Shown here: positions 37,809 to 46,122 of the stretch, one piece after another
How the letters are laid out: each line of letters opens with the position of its first letter
Position numbering within the stretch: the stretch's first letter is position 1
DNA from: Octopus bimaculoides
Lineage: Eukaryota
Direction: 5' to 3'
Assembly: GCF_001194135.2 (NCBI RefSeq)
Contig: NC_068981.1
Location: 49,629,744 to 49,675,865, forward strand
Length of the DNA: 46,122 nucleotides
The notes under the pieces: model-generated
The model's database searches: none
What the model was told of the DNA's origin: nothing
What the model saw: the letters and a program-made list of their open reading frames with translations, nothing else
Program-made: the position numbers and the translations under genes

Positions 37809-38606
37809 ACATACATACACACGTACACACATGCATATGTCTATGTACATAAAACATGCACGTACGAATGTATGCGCGTATCCTTATAGTATTGTAACCT
37901 TATTTTGTATTCCGAATTTATTACTATTATGCCTTGAAATAACAGGATATGAAATTGATTAACATGAATACAGTTATTAACAACCTAACAATTTTACTGC
38001 GAAAATAATCGATGACACAATTATATTTTTCTTCGTGTACCTTACTTGCTATGAGAAATTATATACACACCGAAATATCGTTGCACAGTAACTGAATATA
38101 ATAGCTCATGATTACTTAATGTAATCTAGATACAAGATATATTTTCCCAATGTCTGCTGCAAATCACCTGCTTTTTATTATATGATGTAATACACAACCA
38201 ACTTATATTTCTAATGGAAATTAACGAAGCCATACTTTAGCAAAAGAAAGAAAACACCGACATGAAATCGCATAGATTGTCGGGTAGTCTTATCTAATAT
38301 CTACACTTGCTTTGTCGAAGGCAGGAGGTTTATTTTAAAGTCAAGAGTCATATTATAAACTGATAAAGAAAAGAATAAACTGAAAATAATCTATACTGAA
38401 TATAAATATATATCTCAATATAAAGCTCTCTACTAAAGTCTTTTTTTACACCTTGTTACATTTTGACATTTGCATCTACATGAACTTGATTATTCCTATT
38501 ATCTAACCTAGTTTGAAATGGTTAAAGATTTCTCTGTTGATATAAATTCGATTGTATTATTTTTCTCTTATATTCTATGTCACTATCTCCTTGTGTAAAC
38601 GTATTG

Positions 38607-38656
<50 letters not shown>

Positions 38657-39144
38657 NNNNNNNNNNNNNNNNNNNNNNNNNNNNNNNNNNNNNNNNNNNN
38701 NNNNNNNNNNNNNNNNNNNNNNNNNNNNNNNNNNNNNNNNNNNNNNNNNNNNNNNNNNNNNNNNNNNNNNNNNNNNNNNNNNNNNNNNNNNNNNNNNNNN
38801 NNNNNNNNNNNNNNNNNNNNNNNNNNNNNNNNNNNNNNNNNNNNNNNNNNNNNNNNNNNNNNNNNNNNNNNNNNNNNNNNNNNNNNNNNNNNNNNNNNNN
38901 NNNNNNNNNNNNNNNNNNNNNNNNNNNNNNNNNNNNNNNNNNNNNNNNNNNNNNNNNNNNNNNNNNNNNNNNNNNNNNNNNNNNNNNNNNNNNNNNNNNN
39001 NNNNNNNNNNNNNNNNNNNNNNNNNNNNNNNNNNNNNNNNNNNNNNNNNNNNNNNNNNNNNNNNNNNNNNNNNNNTAGATATATACTCACACACACAAAC
39101 ACAAACACTCATATGTATATAACTCACAAGTATATATATATATA

Positions 39145-39216
<72 letters not shown>

Positions 39217-39499
39217 TATATACACACACACATATATATATATATATATATTGGTATATTTGGGAATGGAAATATTTTTTTAAATAATTAACTACACGCA
39301 TTATATACTTGGTCTTCAGTTTAGCTTTGTTACTATTGTTATTTTAGTGTCCTTTGTGTGATTTTTTTTTTGTGACACATCCTGTGATCTCTTCAACGAC
39401 TGTCCGTCATTCATGTACTGTCTCCTCCTGTACTGCTTATTCCACTCTGTCTTTCTGTTGTGCGTACCCTTATCTGTGCATGCGTTTCCGTTTGTGTCT

Positions 39500-39555
39500 G
39501 TGCGTGAGCTTAGTGCGTGAGCTAGTGCATGAGCTAGTGCATGAGCTAGTGCGTG
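39500..39555. repeat. About 4.5 x 12 bp tandem repeat (GTGCRTGAGCTA)
   Basis: Direct reading of the sequence. Confidence 0.9.
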
Positions 39556-40881
39556 CGCTCGTATCTATGTATTTATATCTGCTTTGTGCACGTATATAAG
39601 GATTTGCTTATTACATGATTTGTAATATTTATTTAGAATTTATTCGTTTATTTTCTTATTTATTTGCTCATTTTCACATTCCATCTTTAGTATGCGTGTC
39701 TTGTGTGTCTATATGGGTTATGTATTATGCTGTTTGTATCGGTGTCTTTTTTCCTTTCTATCATTCTACCTTTTATCGTCAGGCTGCGTAGTGTGCTAGA
39801 GTGGATGGCGTTATGGTATTCATGTTTTCTCTTGTGGTTCAGTCCGTCTATTACTATGTGAGTAGCCTATGTATTATATCCTTTCTATGAATTGATATCG
39901 ACGCATTAAGCAGAGCTCACAGGATGCGTGACGAAATATTTACGCCATTGGATACTAAAATACGAAGAATAATTATACTGAAGTCAGTACTAAGTATATA
40001 GTGCGTGTGGTTAATTGTTATAATATATGACCAAACTTGAATCTAGCAATATCGCTCTACGAAATAACTAATTTGAAGACTGTGTTTTGAAATGTTCAAA
40101 TCTAAATAACAACTTATTTGGACAAGGAGTTCAAGTTATTACTTATTGATAGTTGAAAATTAGCTGATATTGAGCGTTGTAACGTTGCTAAAACATCAAA
40201 TGTATTTTAAAAATATATTTATAAATGTTTATCGGAAGAAGATAGAATAAAGACAAATGTAACTTATCATGAGGGGTTTAATATACGAACAATTAGATTG
40301 AGAAATATAAATAAAGAAGAGAAGAAAATTTTGCTTATATTATACTACGAAAATGTTTTGCAGAAGTAATACAGAGAAATATTATAATATTGGTATTATT
40401 TAAGATTAGATGAGTTAGGATATAATTTCCGGTGTTCCAAGAAGAAATATTAGGTATGTAAAAACTATTAGTGGTATAAAAGAAGAATATTGTTCTTACT
40501 TAGAAGATAGGAGAAAAATTAAAAAGCGGTGTTGCAGCTTTTTATTTTTTTGTCGAAATATGAGTAACTAGTAATCTCCCTTTTTTCATATGTTTAAGCA
40601 TGTCATTTTTTATTGTAATGCTAAAATATCATGTGTTTTACTAGATAAATATGTTTATAAAGTTTACGGATAATATGGATATATATNNNNNNNNNNNNNN
40701 NNNNNNNNNNNNNNNNNNNNNNNNNNNNNNNNNNNNNNNNNNNNNNNNNNNNNNNNNNNNNNNNNNNNNNNNNNNNNNNNNNNNNNNNNNNNNNNNNNNN
40801 NNNNNNNNNNNNNNNNNNNNNNNNNNNNNNNNNNNNNNNNNNNNNNNNNNNNNNNNNNNNNNNNNNNNNNNTGAATTCTTC

Positions 40882-40933
<52 letters not shown>

Positions 40934-41138
40934 GTGTAAGAAATAATGTTACTGAGAAACATGCCGATGTTATAGAAAACAGGATATATACATATATATA
41001 TATATATATGATAAGAAGCATTATGTTCAACTGAATAGGTTGTGTGTTCATACAAAAAGTAATATGGTATTGTAATTTTATGCGATGCGTTTTATATTAT
41101 ATAATATAGTCAAATAATGTTGGAAAACAAATACATAA

Positions 41139-41560
41139 TTATATAAATTTAGAAAAAGTGTGTTTATGTGCGAGCAAATATTGGTAATAATTTTCTGATT
41201 TATCATTTAAAAGATTATTCTTAGAGAACTGGATATGGTACGTTTCACCTAGGCAGAGCGAATGTCTTGGTTGGTGGTTTATAGAATAACGCATTATTTA
41301 GAACTTTCCATCTAATTTTAAATGTTTTAATACTATCTTTGAGTTTCCAGATAATGTTGCTCTACGCTAATGGAAATGTTTGCCGTCAGGTTCTATTGTG
41401 GCTCAGTATACTAGATCTTTGTGTTTAGAGTAATAGTTGAATTTACAATTTGCCTTAACTCTATAGCCACATAAAACATTTAGATCATTATTTTATGTGA
41501 TGGTATTAACGCTCATATAAAATTGGTGTCAGTTTTAAATGTGTTTTCCTAGTTGGAGTG
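41139..41560 (-). mobile_element. Penelope-like GIY-YIG C-terminal fragment (degenerate)
   Basis: CGYRVKANCKFN...DLVY.ATI, then SNIIWKLKDSIKTFKIRWKVLNNA.FY and LCLGETYHIQFSKNNLLNDKSE. Stop at 41139-41141. Confidence 0.8.
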
Positions 41561-43283
41561 AGAATGTATCTATCTATTTTTGTAATACTCTTCAAATTTA
41601 ATATTATTGAAAGATTATGTCTAAAGAAGTTTTTAGTGACGAAACAACTCTACGTGTATACATGTTCTCATACACACGTATGTTTTACATATGTTTGCTG
41701 CTAATTTAATGGCTTCACTCATTTTTTAACAATTAAAGATAATTTTGCTGTTTCGTTCTGGAATTTTATTTATTTATGTTTATTTTTGTCGTTTGGTAGC
41801 GACTGGGCTCACAATTCTTTTCTCCACAAACGATGTTTTGCATTTGGTTACGGCTAATTTGATTATGTACGATATCACAACCACCTAACAGTGAAAAACA
41901 CAACATATGTCTTTCTGCATGTAGGTGCTTTTTCAGAAATAGATATGCATATTCCTTTTCTTATATAGTGTGTTTGTGAATTTATATGCATAAAAACGCA
42001 CATATTCATACACACACTCATATGTTTGTTTGCATGTATGCATGTCTGTGTTTGAGTAGCTGTTTGCATATATGCATAGGCTTACATGCACCTGTATCTG
42101 TGTTAGTAACAACAAAATTTGTATCAGTAAATTTCCGAAAGCACGCCATCACAAGTGTCATTTGAGATCACTGCGACAAAATAGCATTTTTCGCTATAAA
42201 CGCGATTCGTTTATGCCAGAATATATTGAGGTGTAATAGGACGGTTACACTATGGGTCATGTTATTTGCACATTCTCATTAGTTTTAATTCTTGCCACCG
42301 TTGATTTCGCTTTCTTTTTCCTCCATATCCTATGTATTTTATTTTAAAATAGAATACGCGTTTATCCAGTTAATGTTTTTGAGGTGAATATTTGCTCGGT
42401 ATATTTTGGTCTTAAAATGCTCAACTCATTGGTAGGGCATACTTTCACGGTTTTAGGTAAGATCTTATTTTGACGCTTCTTTTCACTGTCAGTGATAATA
42501 TGTCTTCCACTGTTAATTTTAACAATAGAGATACCAATGTTTTAAGCAGAAATGATTCTAACATTTCTACCTCTTCAATAGACTACGTTGTGTTACGCAT
42601 GTGTTAGCGATAACTGTTTAATGTTTAAACAGAAGTTTGTATCAAATTGACAAAGAAAGGGAGTGTCATGCACGTTTCGTTCTTTTCAATTTTAAGGCTT
42701 CGTAACATTGGAGCAGCTGTCGTGTATGCCATAGTCTATACGAATTGCCATAAGAAAACACCACTGTTAAGATTTCTACATCTGATTTGAAATTTGAATA
42801 ATACATCTTATTCTCTCAATTGGTTTTCTGAAAGGAGAATGCTTGCTGCTTTTAGATTCTGTGACAGTACTTTTCGGATGCGGCTACACTGAAAAATGAA
42901 ACATCATATGTATACATCAAAGCCAGAAGGACAACCTCTATTTCATAATAACGAAGATATATCAATCAGCAACTTGATTTCAATTAAACATCGAAAGACG
43001 TTCTCATTTGTGACTTCGAAAATCAGAATGGTTACTCTCGTATACCTAATCATACTAACATCACTATCAGCATTCATTGCATTTGTCTTATCAATTCTGA
43101 AAATTTTAACTCTTCTATCCCCAAATTTTTTCATATCACCATACTATTTATTATGTCTTCTACTTATTGTAACTACTTCATTTTGCTATTTGTTTTATCT
43201 TCTATCTCCAAAATATTGTCGTTTACTTTTGTCTAAAGTGGTGTTCTATATTTGTTTGTAGACTCTTTTACAGCTTGTTGTAT

Positions 43284-43325
43284 AAGTCATCTATATAAAG
43301 TCATCTATATAAAGTCATCTATATA
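43284..43325. repeat. 3 x 14 bp perfect tandem repeat (AAGTCATCTATATA)
   Basis: Direct reading of the sequence. Confidence 0.95.
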
Positions 43326-43762
43326 AGTGTATGCTGGTCAGTTTTCATACGGATCTGAAGTGTGAAAAAAGTTATTGTGATTTGTGAAGCTTTCCCTTCA
43401 AATTATATTTACTTTTTATGTTAAAAAATATTTAATTCTTAATTATTTCTAATGAGATTTTGTTTATGTTTTAGTATATTCCTTTTCCGAAAATCTCAAT
43501 ACAAAATATCTTAGTATGCAAACTTTCTTACGCAGCTCTAAATGATGGTAAAAAAAAATATATATTTCTTCTGTCTGTTAAGCTTCGAAAATATGTTGCA
43601 GTATTATTAGTATTACTCTATATTTTTACTTATTCATTTCAATCGAAATGTTAAGCATTAATATTAACAAACACACACAGACACACTCACAAACCCCCAC
43701 ACACAAACCCACACACACAAACACACACACACACACATACACACACGCACAAACACACACAC

Positions 43763-43826
43763 ACATCGAAATTCACTCATGCATCCACAAATGAGGAACA
43801 TCGAAATTCACTCATGCATCCACAAA
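43763..43826. repeat. 29 bp exact direct repeat with a 6 bp spacer
   Basis: ACATCGAAATTCACTCATGCATCCACAAA at 43763 and at 43798. Confidence 0.95.
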
Positions 43827-44443
43827 CACCCTCCAAGCTTTCTTATCATTTATAAACTCTCTTGTCTCTCACTCCAACAACTCTAACCAGCAAAGCTTTC
43901 CCCACTCCATCCATTTACACAAACCGAGGTCTACCTATTGTTCTGCTGCCTCTTCATGTGGCCTAACCTCCCTATCATTCGCCTATTCAATTTGGTTACT
44001 AGTTTTTCTCTTATTCCTGCTCGATTTTGCACCTCCTCATTCCTCATACGTATGCATATCTAAGCATATGTATATCTAAAATAGAAATGCCTTTTACACT
44101 TCAAAATAAAAGTAACCATATCAATGTTTTCACTGGCGACATACGAAGTTTTGGATCATATACTGACGTGATAAATGAGGATTGTTCACTTGTCCTTGCA
44201 TGGCAAACGAGCATCCAACAAAACCTTAATTACTAAGAATAAAGATGCATATGGAGAAATATATAGCATTTGGTGTTCTTGGAAATTATTAAACATTTTT
44301 TATGCACACATAAATATATTTTATTGAACAACATTATTTCTAGTGTTACTATGATTTAACATCTGGAATAATCCGCATCAAATCTTTATAGGTAAAACAA
44401 TTTGCAATAATTGACATAGAAATATATATATATATATACAGGC

Positions 44444-44480
<37 letters not shown>

Positions 44481-44931
44481 NNNNNNNNNNNNNNNNNNNN
44501 NNNNNNNNNNNNNNNNNNNNNNNNNNNNNNNNNNNNNNNNNNNNNNNNNNNNNNNNNNNNNNNNNNNNNNNNNNNNNNNNNNNNNNNNNNNNNNNNNNNN
44601 NNNNNNNNNNNNNNNNNNNNNNNNNNNNNNNNNNNNNNNNNNNNNNNNNNNNNNNNNNNNNNNNNNNNNNNNNNNNNNNNNNNNNNNNNNNNNNNNNNNN
44701 NNNNNNNNNNNNNNNNNNNNNNNNNNNNNNNNNNNNNNNNNNNNNNNNNNNNNNNNNNNNNNNNNNNNNNNNNNNNNNNNNNNNNNNNNNNNNNNNNNNN
44801 NNNNNNNNNNNNNNNNNNNNNNNNNNNNNNNNNNNNNNNNNNNNNNNNNNNNNNNNNNNNNNNNNNNNNNNNNNNNNNNNNNNNNNNNNNNNNNNNNNNN
44901 NNNNNNNNNNNNNNNNNNNNNNNNNNNNNNN

Positions 44932-44974
<43 letters not shown>

Positions 44975-46087
44975 AAAAAAATGAATGACCAGACAATTAC
45001 TTTTTAAACGAAACTATACCAACAGTTCACCAAATGACATTTGCTAAAGAAACATTGCTTAGTTGAGATCCGTCATAATTGCGGCTATAGACATGAAAGA
45101 ATCTTGGCAAAATAGACTCTAGAATGATATTTTGCCGAGTATATGTGAATGTCATTAAACAATAACATTAAATACGCCAAAATAATTAAACAATGGACTT
45201 GACACAATATCCCTGGTACACATGAAAGACATTTATATGTATAAACTATTATAGCCTTATAAATCATTAGTTATTGCGCATATCTTCCAAAATAATGTAA
45301 TAGACATCAATACACTAGATATCTTCGTAAGTAATATGTAATTAACAACACTAGATAGAAAATCAATGACTGAATTTAGTAAACATCATCAGAATTTGTG
45401 AGAGAAGATTCTATTTTCATGTAGACAGTAAATGTTTTAAGTGTGCATAATGTTGTTACTAAAAAAAAATCGACCACAGTAAATGATATTACACATTAAC
45501 GTTATTCTCACACAAGAAATGGAAACTAGACAAAAAATATTTTGATGTTATTTAATTTTCCATACATTCAAAAACTTACGTCGACATCACTTCAGATTTG
45601 GGAGCATAATGTTTCGAGCAAAGCTACATGTGTCGGTATATATTTCGTCTGTATATGTCAGAGACAAAATTCTTTTGCAATAGATATTTCAATTGAGCTC
45701 TGATGACAATATTTCTTACATTGAAATTCCATTGTTCCTATTACCGTGGGAATTGTGGGCAAACAATGATCAAAAGTTCGATATATCTAAACAAGGATAT
45801 CATTGTTCACATGTTGTGACGATGGAGTATAATTCAAGTAGAGGAGATAGGAGGATAATTTCGATTCTGTAAATTATTTACATATCTAACTTTCATATTA
45901 ATCGCGTAATTTTTGACGGTATGACATGATGAATTACTTGAAACAAATATAGAGAAGTATCATTTAAAAGCTACAGCACTGCAACGAATCATAATGCAAG
46001 TATCGACATATACAGTTATACGATTGTCAATATGTGTATCACGTTCCTATGTATCTATGTGTGTGTGTAAGTATGTATGTATGTATG

Positions 46088-46122
<35 letters not shown>

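Noticed and set aside
42896-43261. 121 aa hydrophobic ORF resembling a membrane protein
   Set aside because: The hydrophobicity follows from T-rich DNA. No recognisable domain or splice context.
45695-45737. CUGAUGA...GAAA hammerhead-like arrangement
   Set aside because: Stems are short and off-register, and there is no PLE context; compatible with chance.
45685-45870. Stop-free frame (IFQLSSDDNISYIEIPL...) after a possible splice acceptor
   Set aside because: No convincing donor and no recognised homology. The upstream sequence looks like a decayed SINE.

Overview
AT-rich eukaryotic intergenic or intronic DNA, dense in microsatellites and repeats. It contains 12 N-gaps (about 5.2 kb), and nearly all abut simple repeats. 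The SINE families and repeat landscape resemble octopus (coleoid cephalopod); this is recall, not a database hit. I found no host gene, RNA gene, CRISPR array or prokaryotic system that I can support. The recognisable content is decayed retroelements: three Penelope-like (PLE) coding fragments (RT and/or GIY-YIG), three CR1-type LINE fragments, one RTE-type fragment, four fragments of RLE-type non-LTR elements (three R4/Dong-like), several tRNA-type SINEs, two copies of a ~530 bp non-coding element with (TAA)n tails, and fold-back elements. The most interesting signal is a set of hammerhead-ribozyme-like motifs. The two best supported lie in PLE pseudo-LTRs, one of them in an inverted pLTR with an unusually extended stem II. 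The PLE-hammerhead association is already known, so any novelty lies in these particular variants.
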